Shown: piece by piece, positions 11,371 to 26,600 of the stretch
How positions within the stretch are numbered: the first letter of the stretch is position 1
How the letters are laid out: the number at the start of each line of letters is the position of its first letter
Assembly (NCBI GenBank): GCA_951406725.2
Contig: OX597825.1
Span: 57,040,001 to 57,104,000, forward strand
Source: Octopus vulgaris
Taxonomy: Eukaryota
Direction of reading: 5' to 3'
Length of the DNA stretch: 64,000 nucleotides
Translations under genes and position numbers: made by a program
Notes under the pieces: model-generated
What the model saw: only the letters and a program-made list of their open reading frames with translations
Databases searched by the model: none
Told to the model about the DNA's origin: nothing

Positions 11371-14300
11371 GCCCACCTACACCTGAAGATGTTAATCTAT
11401 GTTGGCACATGGAGGGTGGTTGCTCCAATTCTCCATAAGCGGATATTTCCATACTTTGGAACAATCTTCATTGTATATTTAATACAGTAACTACTTGTCA
11501 ATAATAAAAATATGAGAGTAGAGTCTGTATTACATTTGTCAGTCAGACAAAGTGGAGCAAGCACTTATGTACCTCGGTCAGTGCCACAATAAGTTACAAA
11601 CTTACAACTATCTGGTGAATAATCTTGTACTTTCATCTTACCCAAACGATCAACAACCTGTCAGCTCAGTCCCTTTAGGCCTCAACACATTTCCAAAACA
11701 AACACAAGTATTTATTTACCTTCACTATAGTAATATCTCTTGCTTCTAGAACATATCCGTGAATTTCTTGTAAATACTGACGAATCAGAGGTGGTATTGG
11801 GTTACAACAAGCTAAGACACCTTGTCGTTCCCTTGGTAGAATCTCTGCAATTTGTAGCAGCATATGATTAGGAAGAACATAACTGGAAAAGAACAAAAAG
11901 AAAAATAATAATAATAATAATACTAGCAATTGCTTCTAACTAAAGCATGAGGTCTGAATTTTGTTAGGAAGGGTTAATCAATTATATCGACTCAAATGCT
12001 CAAAACTGGTCCTTTTTCTTTTTGTTTTGAGTCCCAAGAAGATATGGGACAAAGTACTGAAGGATAACTTCAGAACACTGAACCTTTTGGACAAGATGAC
12101 AAAGGACTGAGATACCTGGCACCTTGCTGTACCCAAGGAAACCCGTCCTCCACAGTAGAAGTGTTGAAGTCATATGCCCTGGTGAAGAGTATTGGCCAGC
12201 AAGAGTCCTGTGCTGGTGCCATGTAAAAAGCACACATACCAGTGGCATGTTAAAAGCACCCAGCACACACTGAGAAGTGGTTGGCATTAAGAAGGGCATC
12301 CAGCTGTAGAAACCAAACCAAATCAGACTGGAACCTGGTGCAGCTCCCCAGCTTACCAGCTCTGATCAAACCATCCAACCCATTCCAGCATGGAAAGTGG
12401 ATGTTAAAAGATGATAATGATGATGACAGAGACAGGTTTTTTATGACTGTACAGAATGGTGAGAGACCACTGGAAAGTGATAGACAAGATATGGATCTAT
12501 ACAAGCTGTACTTATGGAAACTGTCTACTTGTTGCCACAAAAAGAGATAAATATCTCGGTATCAAGATACAAAGGAGAATGACTGACCGAAAATACAGAC
12601 TTCACCAATAATTCTTGTGGAAACTGTTAGTTTATTAACACAAAAAAAAGAGATACATATATACAGTTGATTTGTATCCTTCAAGTGCAACAACTCTTTT
12701 TATCTGTTTCATCATAAATATCTCCAGAAGTTTGTAGTAGAAATTGTTATATAACAATTGTGACATTTTCTTCTTCTTTGTTTTCTTCTCTTTGGTTGTT
12801 TTCATCTCAACATCCGAACCTCAACTCACTAGTCATTAACAATCTTGGCTTTCTTACAATATTTCATTCTGTGTTTTCTTCTAAATTTGCCAACACCATC
12901 AAACATGACATTGTCAGCCACAACAAAAAACACATGGCACCAATTCATAAAATACACGTCACAACCTCTCAGTGATAAAAGGTTGTCAAAATTTTCACAT
13001 GAACTGACAAGAAACTTATTTCAAACAGTATTTCATTTTCTCTAATCTTATCTTCTCTCTATCTTTGTCCAATCTTATGGCTTCCTCCTGTTTCCATTCC
13101 ACATCCTGCTGAAGCACACAAGTCAAACCAACCTTTTTCAACCAACGCCTCTCCTGATCCCTATTATTTCTTTGTCTGTATCTAAAGAGATAGGTAATTC
13201 TTCTTCAAATTGGTTTTTATCAAAGGTGTTATCTGCTAACATATCTGATGGTTTGGTATCACTTGAAAGTAGTTGATCCTCAGCAAGGTCTTCCACAGAA
13301 GTTTTGTCAGGGAGCAAAGAATACCCTTCATAGATTTGTGCTGTTTAAGAAAACATCTGTTAATGCCACATTAGATGTCTCTGATTCTTTCTCATCCATG
13401 TTGTCTGTAGTATGTCCGATTTTAATAATATCTTCAGTAGATTGATTTTCTTCCAGATATTTCTCTTCACAGAAAGCCTCAATGTTTACCAAGACAGCTG
13501 AATGTTCTGATTTCTCTCCACTTCACATCGAAGACAATTCTCAACTTCGTGTGTGTACTGTTTTGCTTGAGTACAGGATGGTGTGCTAAATAATGAACCT
13601 TCTCAATTTCTTCTTCAATTATTTCTTCAATAATTCCTTTGTGAATTTGATTTTCAATAAATTTATCATATTTCTTGAATAATTTTTGATCTGATGCCAG
13701 CCATTGAGAAAGCCATTTCAAACAACTGACGGCCAATCCACAAATAGTAGGTAATTTCAGGTGGTGCAGTTTCCATGGGAATTGAACTTGAAATCTGTGT
13801 TTTCAATGAAACAAATAGTTTGACTGAATTGATCAATAGCATAATCGTCATCAGATAGTTCCAGCTTGTCCATGATCCCCAAGGTTTCTAGCTTCCACAG
13901 GTTCTGCAACTCAATGATAAAATTGACCTCACCACTTGAGCATTTCCTTTCTGTAATTCATATTTCTTTACTGCCAACAAGGGGCTACACACAGAGGGGA
14001 CAAACAAGGATAGACAAACAGATTATGTCGATTACATCGACCCTAGTGCGTAACTGGCACTTAATTGCTTGTCAATTGTTTTCCAGAGCAATTTGGGATT
14101 TTCATTGGTCAGTCAGATGTTTTTCAGCTGCCTTTGCAATTTGTGTTTGCCCATAGCATTCTTTCAAAAGTTCAGTTGTGAGCCTGTAGTTTTTGGCCAT
14201 TATATTCAAACTGCTGATCATTTCTTTTGCTTTGCATTTGATCAAAATAAATGAACTTCTGAACTTTAGGTACCTCATATTTGGAAGTGTCATGAAGCAC

Positions 14301-15305
14301 TGATTTGAAAAGTGACCAAAAGGTTGGCCTTTCAAGTTGGTCACCACTGAAAGTGGGTAATTGTATCTCCAGTAGTCTTATTCAGTCTGCAGGTGTCCTC
14401 ATCACTGAATCTTCAGCCGGACCTTGTTGTCTTCAATTAGCATAATCATTCAAACTTGGCATCTGTCTTGAGGTGATTTCTTCAAGTTTTGTTACTTGGT
14501 CAAGGGCATCCAGATGAGTTTTTATGTACCTATAGTCACCACTGCAAAATTCAGTTAGGTATCTTTCTTCTTTGGCTGCTCTGTCCATTTGACTTTTGTG
14601 CTCCAATTTCTCAACAATTTCTTCCCACTTTGCCTGTTGTTTCTTAATAAATTCTATTGCTCTTTGGATATTTCGTATATCTTGCTTAATAATTTGATGA
14701 ACACAATCCTGTTCCTCAATTGCAGATGATGGATATTGGGGTGGCAATCTGTTCCTGGAGTGGGAGAATAACTGTTTTGATCAATCTTCTTACATTGCTC
14801 AAGGAAGCCATTCTTCATTTTGTTGAGACCCTTTTCAATTCAAATGAAGGTCTTGCTTCAGAAGTTTTGACGTGGGTTTGAGCTTTCGATTTTCAGTCCA
14901 CCTCCAATGCCAAATCTTATCTCATCCTCATTGCCAATTTCTTGTGGAAACTGTTCACTTGTTACCACAAAAAGAGATAAATATCTCAGTATCAAGATAC
15001 AAAAGAAAATGACTGACTGAAAATACAGACTTCACCAATAATTCAAGGAATATAAAAATATGATGGTCTTGTGGAAACTGTGAGTTTATTAACACAAAAA
15101 AGTGATACTCTTTACTCTTTTACTTGTTTTGGTTATTTGACTGTTGCCATGCTGCAGCACTGCCTTTAGTCAAGCAAACTGACCCCAGGACTTATTCTTC
15201 GTAAGTCTAGTACTTATTCTATCGGTCTCTTTTGCCGAACCACTAAGTTACGGGGATGTAAACACACCAGCATTGGTTGTCAAGCATACACATACATGCA
15301 TATAT

Positions 15306-15366
<61 letters not shown>

Positions 15367-17598
15367 TATATACAATGGGCTTCTTTCAGATTCCGTCTAC
15401 CAAATCCACTCACAAGGCTTTGGTTGGCCCAAGGCTATAGTAGAAGACACTCGCCCGACGTGCGACGCAGTGGGACTGTATCTTTCATATGCAATAACTC
15501 TTTTTATCTGTTTGATCATAAATATCTTCAGAAATCTGTTGTAGAAATTGTTATATAACAGCTGCAGCTTTTTCTACTTCATTTTCTTTTCTTCGATTGG
15601 TTGTTTTTGTCTCAATGTCTGAACCTCGACTCACTAGTCATTGACAATCTTGGCTCTTTTACAATATTTCGTTCTGTGTTTTCTTTTAAATTTGCCAACG
15701 CTATCAAACATGATGTTGACAACTACTATAAAAGAACATGCAGCGCCAATTCGTAAAATACACGTCACAACAGTACTGGTTGTTGGGAAGGACACAGAGG
15801 AGAGAACAAGGAGTGAGGGAATGTGGTTTTTAACAACTGTTAACATTACTTTTGAGATCATGGAAGTGAGAGCGACAGCTAACAAAAGAGAGATTTTTCT
15901 TTCCAGGTGATGGGATACATTATGGCATGCATCATAGAGCATATGCCTGTATATATCCAGAGAGATTAAAGAGTTGGGCAAGGGCAGGTCCTACTTCTGG
16001 AAAGCATAGTTTAACCCATTAGCATTCAGATTATTGCAAGAGAGACGACTACACTGGTATGGCCATGTGATGCATATGGATGAAGAGAGCTGTGTAAAGA
16101 AATGCCGATTTCTAACTGTGGAGGAAACCTGTGGAAAAGGTAGACTCATGAAGACATGAGATGAGGTGGTGAAGCATGATCTTAGAACGATGGGCCTTAT
16201 AGAGGCGATGACAAGTGACTGAGACCTTTGGTTATATGTTGTGCTTGAGAAGATTTATCAAACCAAGTGAAATTGTAGTTGTGACCGATGCCGGTGGCAC
16301 ATAAAAGCACCTATTACATTCTTAAAGTGGTTGGCATTAGGAAGGGCATCCAGCTGTAGAAACCATGCCAAACCAGAGTGGAACTTGGTGCAGTTCTCAA
16401 GTTTGCCAGTTCCAGTCAAACCATCTAACCCATGCCAGCATGAAAAACCGATGCTAAATGACGATGATTATTCTATCAAATGTAATGCTTATTCACTTAC
16501 ATTGATTTGAATTAATCATGCATTTATCTCATAGTTTTGAGATTTCAATGATGTGAGTGTTTAAGTTTTTTGAATGACATTGATAGGTGGGTGTGAAAAG
16601 CCAGATATGGCCAGTTTGAACATAAAACGGACAGAAAATTTGGGGCTGGATATGATTGCTATAAACAATAATGGGTTAAGGGTGATGGAAGGGACACTGT
16701 CATAATTTGGAATGATCAGACACATTTGCACACATGGTGTGTGAGCTACGAAATCCTTGTCGCCACTGTTATATCACAGGTTCGGATGACCTCTACTCAA
16801 CTCCCGACATCTAGACATCTCCCTCTATATCTACGTATTGGACTAGCCTACTTCATCATCTGGGAGCGTCCACACAACAGTAACACAAAAGCAAATCAAG
16901 TAGCAAACATGAACATCTCTCCACAGAAGTACTGCTTATAGAGCTATCATAGTTGTAGAGTGGTGTGTAGGAAGATTGGGAGGCAGGAAACCTTGCAAGC
17001 TGTATGATATATAGAAGGGTGACTTTTTGCTTAAATATAAAAATACAGTACAAAAACTAATGTAGAGTACTGGATCACTGGTCACATGTTCACGTCATAT
17101 GATCAAATGTTATTAATATAGCCATTAGGTTTTGCCCGTGACCAAAGTACATAGTTCTAACTTGCTTCATTTTTATCATGACTCAAAACAAACCAGGGTC
17201 CAACCTCTACTTTATGACTGAGTGGTCAGTGACAGGTAGGGTAATCTAGCTGTGGAAAAAAACTCAACTGATCCAACTTAAAACAATCAGGTTATAAAAA
17301 GTCAATGGGATAACATAAATGTAAAACAGTGAAAAGAATTGTAGAAAAAAGCAAACTGGGTTTTACTTCAAGCTTTCGTCTTGACTACGTGCTGTCTTCT
17401 CTCTCCAAGAATGCATCTTCTTCAAGGCAAACATCTGTTGAGGGTTGAAGGTTTTACGACTTTTTTTGTACAACACTTGATATGATTCATCATTATAAAT
17501 TGGCTTTGTGTAAACCTGAAATTAAGATTTTCGAATTCAGTGACTTCAGATCAATCTGTGACTAGCCTCCATATATGATGATGATGTTGATTATTATG

Positions 17599-17640
<42 letters not shown>

Positions 17641-20600
17641 GAGAGAGAGAGAGAGAGAGTAGTGCAAGCCATCAAATATACAAAGCCCAATATATACAAA
17701 TATACAAAGCTCAATATACCCATCATGACTACCCATCAGATAAAGGTACACCCGGCATATGCATCACAGCCATTTGTGCAGGAAATAGTGATCTCATATC
17801 AAGATAAACAGTGCATAACCTTATAGGAGGGGCCAGTTAGAATTTTCTTCAGGTCAGGTAGCCCATATTACTCAAAAGATCCCTCAATAAGGGTTGTTTA
17901 AGGATGTTGAACAAAACGCCCATGTTTCCAGAGGTGTATTATTCAAACCCTAAAGAATTCCTCTCAGCACATGGCTATGATGCTCCCCCACTATTTCTGC
18001 TCATGATCAGAGATGCACACCTTGTCAGCCACCAAGGTACCTGCTGAACTGGTTAAGTCAAGCATCTGCCAAGTAAATCTGTGGTATTGAGCAGAATATT
18101 TGCTGTAGCCCATCTTTTATACCAAGACAAAATAAAATTTTCTTCAAGTTGAGTAGCCTATCCTGTTCAAAAAGTCCCTGAATAAGAGTTGTTAAGGGGT
18201 GAATTATCCAAAACTCCAAAGAATTCCTCTGAACACATAGCAATGATGTTCCCTTCCTACTTCTGCTCATGATCAGAGGCACATATCATCAGCCACTAAG
18301 GGACATGGTCAACTGGTTAAGGTCAAACAACTGACAAGCAAATCTGAGGTATTCAGAGGAATATTTGCTATAGCCCATCTTTTATACCAAGACAAAACAA
18401 TGTACATGATAACACTTATTATTATTATTATTTTTATTACCCCGTGCTAGCGCGGAAGACGGACGTTAAACGATGATGATGATGATGACATCATGGCTGG
18501 CCAACCTTCAAGATTAGTGTTATATTGTCAATATGCCACTTTTTTTAAGATAGTAGGATGAAGTTTGAAGATTTGACTGCTATTTTTAACAAACTGAGTT
18601 ACCACACAGAGGATTTCCCCCCACTCAATACTGGCTCCAACAAAGATTGATTACATCCACTATAACCTCTTCTCCCATCACATTTATATCACTGAGACAA
18701 AGTTCAGAATCTAACACATGACATTATAAAATCTATAAAAAACCTAAAATTTTCAAAGTGTGAAAACAAATATCAAACTCAAAAGAAATAAAAACTTACC
18801 TTTTTACATATCTCTGTACTCCTCTGTAAAACAGCCTTTACTAAGTTCTTATTCAGGTTACCTTTCTCAATGAGCTCATTCTTCATACAATTATAAATAT
18901 ACAGTAAGTAATGTGTGTCTTCACGGGCATAGTTAATTAAAACATCAGGAAGAGGCCTAGAAAAAGAGGATAAATACATCAAACAGTTATACTGATAAAT
19001 ATTATGATTATTAGTTACATTTCCTCACAACAACTATTATCATTATTATTATTATTATTATCATTATTTTTTACGTGCCACCGGCATGGGGGCCCCAGCT
19101 AGCCTCCGTGCCAGTGGCATGTAAAAAAGCATCCACTACACTCATGGAGTGGTTGGCGTTTAGTAAGGGCATCCAGCTGTAGAAACACTGCCAGATCAGA
19201 CTGGGCCTGGTGCAGCCTTCTGGCTTCCCAGACCCCAGTTGAACCGTCTAACCAATGCTAGCATGGAAAGCGGACGTTAAACGATGATGATGATTATTAT
19301 TATTATTATTATTGTTATTATTACTATTATTATTATTATTATTATTACTATTATTATTAAGGCGGTGAGGTGGCAGAATTGTTAGCATGCTGGATGAAAT
19401 GCTTAGTGGTATTTTTCCCACTGCTATGTTCCGAGTTCAAATTTCGCCAAGGTCGACTTTGCCATTCATCTTTTTGAGGTTGATAAAATAAGTACCAGTT
19501 GAACACTGGGGTCAATGTAATCAACTCAGCCCCCTCCCCTAAAATGGCTGCCCTTGTGGCAAAATTTGAAACTATTATGCTCAAATGGTGCTTTTTACGT
19601 GCCACTAGCACAGAAGCCAGACAGCTGCTCTGTCAGTGATCCCACTCGGATGGAGCTGTTAGTGCTCCACTGGCATGGGTGCCAGTCATCGAATGTAGCT
19701 CAATTTCAATTTCACTTGCTCCAACAGGTCTTCACAAGCAAAGTTTAGTGTCCAATGAAGAAAGATTGGCATGGGTGCCGGTCATCGAATTTGGTTCGAT
19801 TTCGATTTCACTTGCCTCAACAGGTCTTCGCAAGCAGAGTTTTGTTTACTAAATTCTTTCATCATCATCATCATATCAACATCCACTTTTCCATTCTTGC
19901 ATGGGTCAGATGATGCTCACTGAAGCAGATTTTCTAAGAACAGATGCCCTTCCTGTCACCAACCCTCACCTATTTCCTAGAAAGAAAACATTTCCCCATA
20001 ACCAAGCATTTTGGTGTAGAATATTGGAAATAAATGACACTGCTTGTATGACAGTGACACTCATTTACAACCATCATGCTATGTCAAGACAAAGAAACAC
20101 AAGCAAGCACACACAGACACACACACACATATATGTACATATACAATGGGCTTTTCAGTTTCCATCTACCAAAACTACTCACAAAGCTATGTCCAACATG
20201 AGACTACAGTAGAAAACACTTGCCCAGGGTGCCATACAGTGTCACTGAACCCAAAACCATGTGACTAAAAAGCAAACTTCTTCCCCACACACCCACACCT
20301 GCTCTTTTATTATTTTCAGAATAATCTGAAATAAAACCAGTGTATTTCAACAGAAATATCTCTTTTTCTTTTACTTGTTTCAGTCATTGGACTGTGGCCA
20401 TGCTGCAGCATCACCTTTAGTCAAGCAAATCGACCCCAGGACTTATTCTTTGTAAGCCTAGTACTTATTCTATCAGTCTCTTTTGCCAAACCGCTAAGTT
20501 ACAGGGGACGTAAACACACCACCATCGGTTGTCAAGCAATGTTGGGGAGGACAAACACAGACACACAAACATATACACACTCACATACATATATACGAGG

Positions 20601-23600
20601 GAGCTTCTTTCAGTTTCCGTCTACCAAATCCACTCACAAGGCTTTGGTTGGCCAGAGGCTATAGTAGAAGACACTTGCCCAAGGTGCCACGCAGTGGGAC
20701 TGAACCCGGAACCATGTGGTTCGTAAGCAAGCTACTTACCACAACCACTCCTACGCCTATATGGTAACAAAAAGGTTAAAGATATGGGAACTTACCGGAT
20801 TCTCCAGTCAGCTAATCGATATTGTTTATCAATTTCTTTTTGACAATACCTCTCCATTAAATAAGACAGTGAGAAACGTTCATAGTTTAGTATTCGAGAC
20901 GCTTGCCCAGTATCAAACATATTCACTACATAAATACCAAAGTCTCTCTGTAACCAGTCCACATCGCAGTTGGCACCATGAAACACCTGCAATTAAGAAA
21001 AAACAAAGAGTCAGTGTATATGTGTGAATGAGAGTGAATGTTTACAGCAATTTAAAATTAGAAATGAGCTTATGTTTTTTTTATCGAAGTGCATAATTAA
21101 ATTTCTTATTTCTTAATTGCCCACAAAGGGCTAAAGATAGAGGGGACAAGCAAGGACAGACAAACGGATTAAGTCAATTACATCGACCCCAGTGCGTAAC
21201 TGGTACTTAATTTATCGACCCCGAAAGGATGAATGGCAAAGTCGACCGCGGCGGAATTTGAACTCAGAACGTAACAGCAGGCGAAATACGGCTAAGCATT
21301 TCACCCGGCGTGCTAACGTTTCTGCCAGCTCACCGCTGCATAATTAAATTTCTGCCAAAAAAAGGGAATGTGATATCGCATTGTATAAAGGGAGATAATT
21401 CTTTCAAACAAAATTTTAAATTAGTACAATTTAAAAGTATCGGTTGCTCTCAGACAAGTTTAGGGCCAAGCCTGTGGCAGTGCAGACCTCCAGTATACTC
21501 AGTCCCCGGACCACATCTCTGTTCACTGCTATCAAGGTGGAGACAGCTATCTACAAGTGCAAGTCCCACGAGCCAGGGTGACTGTTCCAACACATCCCCC
21601 TTGCTATCCTCTGGGGCAACACTTTTCCCATTTTGTCTGCTGCAACCATGAGGCGGCCTGAATTACAGGAAATTGAGAGAATGTAAGAATCTCATAGCTT
21701 ACTACATGAACAATAAAGTTTAAACAAGGTGACTGAATAAAATTTCAAACATGCCATTGTTATAAAGTTTGGTTAATACTGATAAAACAAATTGCTCTTG
21801 TAGTCCTGTTGTGTACAATGGTGTCATTGGTTATAGTTTACAATGGGCCCAAACAGTAACTAGAAAGTGTCTGGGCACCTCAGGGCAAATAAATAACACG
21901 ATGCTTTTTACATGTCACTGGCCTGAGTAGCTCCCATGCCAGTGACATGTAAAAAGCACCATCCGAACATGGCCGATACCAGCGCCCGCTGACTGGCTGC
22001 CATGCCAGTGGCATGTAAAAAGCGCTATCCGAACGTGATCAATGCCAGGCTCGCCTGACTGGTTCCTGTGCCAGTGACATGTAAAAAGCACTATCCAAAC
22101 GTGATCGATGCCAGGCCCACCTGGCTGGCAGCATGTAAAAAGCACCTATAACACTCTCGGAGTGGTTGGTGATAGGAAGGGCAACCAGCTGTAGAAACAT
22201 TGCCAGATCAGATTGGAGTGTGGTGCACCTGCTGGCTTTTCAGACCTCAGTCAAACTGTCTAACCCATACCAATATGGAAAACGGATGTTAAACGATGAT
22301 GATGATGATGATGAAAGTACTTTTCTTCAAAGTAAGTGTAGCTGAATGCATGTTAGTGTTTCCTTGTCTTGACATTACCTGATTGTTGTAAATGAACACT
22401 GAATGACAAAAACATTCATAATTATCATGCAATATTGAGATTAGAAGACACAAGCACACATATATGAAGGGTTTCCTCCAGTTTCCATTGACCAAATTTC
22501 CTCGCAAGGTGTTGGTCAGCCTGAGGATATAGTAGAAGACACTTGCTCAAGGTGCTTCACAGTAGAACAGAATCCAAAACCATAAGGTTGGGAAGAAATA
22601 AGCTACTTAACTAACAATCATGCCTATGCTTATAAATATTTATCCCCATCTCTAACCACTCCAAGAGTGTTGTGGGTGCTTTTTATGTGCCACCGGCACA
22701 GGAGTCAGTCAGGCAGGCCGGGCATCAATCACGTTTGGATAGTGCTTTTTATATACCACTTGTACGGGAGCCAGTCAGGCGGCCCTGGCATCATCATCAT
22801 CGTCATTTAACATCCGTTTTCCATGCTGGCATGGATCAGATGGTATAATGGAGCTGGTAAGCTGGAGAGCTGCACCAAGCTCCAGTCAGTTTTGGCCAAT
22901 CTCTCTTCAGCCACATTTCATCTTTAACACCACACATATCTACTACCATTCTCAACGCCATCTCATATCTACCATCATGTTCCACACACTATAGCCACCC
23001 ATATTTACATCTCCCTTCCCACCACTCCTACACCTTGCACATCACCCCACTACTTTCTGATCTATCTTCTTTCCTGGGCCATTTCTATCTCTCTCATCTT
23101 ATTCCTTTCCATACTACTATCTCCCATCAACCACACCTTCACCCTTGTTCATCAGTCAGCACCTTCACCTTTATCTCTATCTCTAACACTCCCATCACAC
23201 CTTCATAAAACTAACCCCACCTACCAAAAATTCACTGACCATATCTACTCAATTTCTTATACTTTGCGAGTTCACTCTGGCATCCCATCATAAACATCTT
23301 TATTATCTTCCACCTATTTCTGCTCACCCTTATATTATGCAAGGTAACCATGTATCTCATCTAGAGTAAGACAGTAGCGCTTGTCTCTCTATCATACTTT
23401 AGCCTCTCAACACCTGGCATAAAGCCACTTCCCCCTTTCAAACACTCCCCACACACTTCTATTTTCCTGTATTGTTAGTTACTGGGCAACCTCCTTATTG
23501 GTGGTGGCAAGAAAATACAGAGTACACATTATAAAATGGTTGGTGTTAGGAAGGGCACTCAACCATAGAAATGAAAACAAAGCTGTCACTGGAGCACAAC

Positions 23601-26600
23601 ACAGCTCTATGGTTTGTTGGAGCCTGTCAAACCATCAAACCAAAGAAAATGAACATTAAATGATGATGATACAAATACACATATATTTCTTTTTTTTTAA
23701 CTTGCTGGACCTGGAAAACAAGGCAGAGCCTTATGACCTGTGCAAGGATTCTAAGCAGAGAAATTGATGCCATTAATATTTCATTTGAACTTTGGAAGTT
23801 GACACCAGCAAGAAACATAAAAGCAGAGAGAATATTCCAGACAGCCAATGTTCTGGGGGAAGAAGAACTGCAGATAGTGGTTTAGGTGGCATCTGGTGGG
23901 GACAGATACACAGTGGACAGGGAGTGAAGAGATGAATGGTTTCGGAGTGTTTCAGTAGAAGAGCTGTAAGATCACCCAATGCCAAAGAATAGAAACAATT
24001 ATAGTTGTATGGGTTTCTGCACAGTTTTCATATCTGTTAAATTTCATTTACAAAATATTCATCAACCCCAGGCCTATGGTAAAAGTCACTTGCTCAAGAT
24101 GTTGTATAGCAGGATTGAACCCAGAACTACGCAATGACATGAAGCAAAGTTTTTAGCAACGTGGCAGCATGGAAAGATGATGATGAATGGCAATTATCCC
24201 AATGAATTCTTGATGAATTTCTTTTGGAAGACTTGACTGACTATGACAAAAAAAATTTACAGTTACTTTCTTATAAGACAGCTGATCTCCACAGAGCTCT
24301 TGTTATATTCTTGTTATAAGACAGAGTTCCTGTTACAAGGCTGGTCTGATCTTCGCAATTGAAGCTCCTGTTATAAGGCATGGCTTATGTCCACAAGAAA
24401 AACTCTTGTTATACTAATATTATAAGATAGAGCTGATCTTCATAATTGGAGCTACTGCTGTACACCTGTTGAGAAACCCAGATAAAAGTAACAAAGATAT
24501 ATTTAATCAGGTACATTTGTAGAAATCAGTTTCAATGGACGACTTACTTTTACAATTTTAGGATCTGTAAAGACGTCGTTGAGTAACTCTAGCTCTTTCC
24601 GTAGTTCTAGTGTGTCTATAATGAAGTCCTGATCATATGTAGAAATCTGCATCAAACATGTTAGACCTTGGAACGTTCGGTAAGAATGATGCTGTAAAAG
24701 ACAAAAATAGAATATCAAACAGAGCTGCATTTTATCTTCACACTCTCCAAATCCTGAAACAGACTCAGAAGAAATTCTTAACAGAATATTATCTAAAATG
24801 TTAAGAAAAACAAAAAGAAAACAATGTTTGAGGACAGATTTATGTTATAAAAAAACAGATATATAATAACAGATAATAACTTTATCAAAAAATGCTATGA
24901 GGATAAAAATAAACCTTTTCTATAATGTTATTCAATAAAAGCACCTTCAGTTTCAACAACTGCTTCTATGTGAGATCTAAATCATCTACATGCTCTAATC
25001 AACTGGTCCTGGTTCATTTTGGACATTATGCTGACTATGGCGGCTTTCAAAGTATCTTTGTTGTTATGGGCTTGTTCATTGACCTCTCTCTCAACAATGC
25101 TCCACATGTAACAGTCCAATAGATTGAGATTTGGGGAATTAGGAGGCCGAATGTTAGGGGTTATGTGATCATGAAAATTTTCAGCCATCCATTCCTGTGA
25201 TACTAGAGCCATGTGTGATAGTGCAAGAGTCTTACTGAAACACATGGCTTTCCATTGCATACACTGTATACCCAGGGCTTAACAATTATTTTCAGGACTT
25301 CAGTGTAGGCAGCAGAGTTAACTCTAAGGCCTTGTGGAAAGAAGTAAGGTGGCATTACATGTGCTTCATTGCTGACAACCCCTAAAACCATGATAGTTGC
25401 AGGGAATTTTGTATGCATAACACTTGGAACTTCAGAAGGGTCTCCACATAACCATCTGTCATTTCTTCTGTTAACTTTTTGATCTTAGTCAAAGTTGTTT
25501 TCGTTTGAGAAAAACCAAATCAAATCATCTTCTGCTGGTTTTTCAGTTTGTTTAACCCTTTCGATACCAAACTGCCCAAAGCCGCCCGAAAAAAATTTTG
25601 GTTAATGTGACCAACCCGCCGGAATTTACCTATTCATATTTAAATGAGAATATCAGAGCAAATCTCTTTAGTACATTCGTGAAAACACGTATTATATTTC
25701 GTAAACAGTTCAACTACAGTTTTGTACAACAATCGAAGTGTAATTTTAATTCCGTGAATTTTGGGAGATTTTTTTCCGAAATTTGTTCCTATTGTGTTTT
25801 CAAAATTTGTAATTCTGACAAAAAATGGATACGAATTTCATTATATCAAGCAGTGAGTCAGAATTCGAAGGATTTTCTACTGAAAACCTTCATAAATCTA
25901 ACTCTATGACTGAAAAAAAAAGCACGTGGTATTTAATAATGAATCTGATGTTTCATTTTCCGAAAGTGAAAACAGTGAATCCGAGAGCTCCGACAGCGAT
26001 AAAGAAAATGAATTGGCACCTGAATGGAGTGAAAATTTAAAAACTGTTTCTTTCGGTGATTTTTCTGAAGAAACTGGATCAAGCCACAGACTTTCCCAGG
26101 AGAGTAAAGCCTTAGACTATTTCTTTTTACTTTTTCGAATGAGCCTATTTGAAATCATTACGGCAGAAACGAACCGTTACGCTAAATGTAAACAAAACGA
26201 AAGAAAGGATAGTTAGTGGTTTCCCACAACCTTAAATGAAATTAAGACTATTTTGCCATAAATATTATTATGGGTATCAGAAAGTTACCCAGAATAACAA
26301 ATTCTATCGTAAAATTTTGTTGTATACCCAATTGAATATTAGCTAATATTTTCTATAGCGATGTTTGAACAAAATTTTAATAATTTTATATTTTGTTGAA
26401 TTTACCTGTATCTACCTGCAATTAGAGTCACTTTGTAACAAAAATTATAATATAGAATTGGTTGAGAACATTTCATTAAATTATCTTCCAAAATTCACGT
26501 TGATATATTGATAAATAAAAAAGTTATAGTTGTTTAATGAAACCAGACTAAATTTATGATTACGTTAGAAATTAATTGAAACACATAAGGGGTGTATTTT

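Noticed and set aside
20960-20986. Possible loss of the ExoII aspartate (HGANCD versus the usual HGADSD)
   Set aside because: The catalytic residue is the second D, which is retained; ExoI D/E and ExoIII Y/D are intact
21905-22150. Regularly spaced repeats resembling a CRISPR array
   Set aside because: Spacers are homologous to each other, units belong to the RTE 3' UTR, the context is eukaryotic and there are no cas genes
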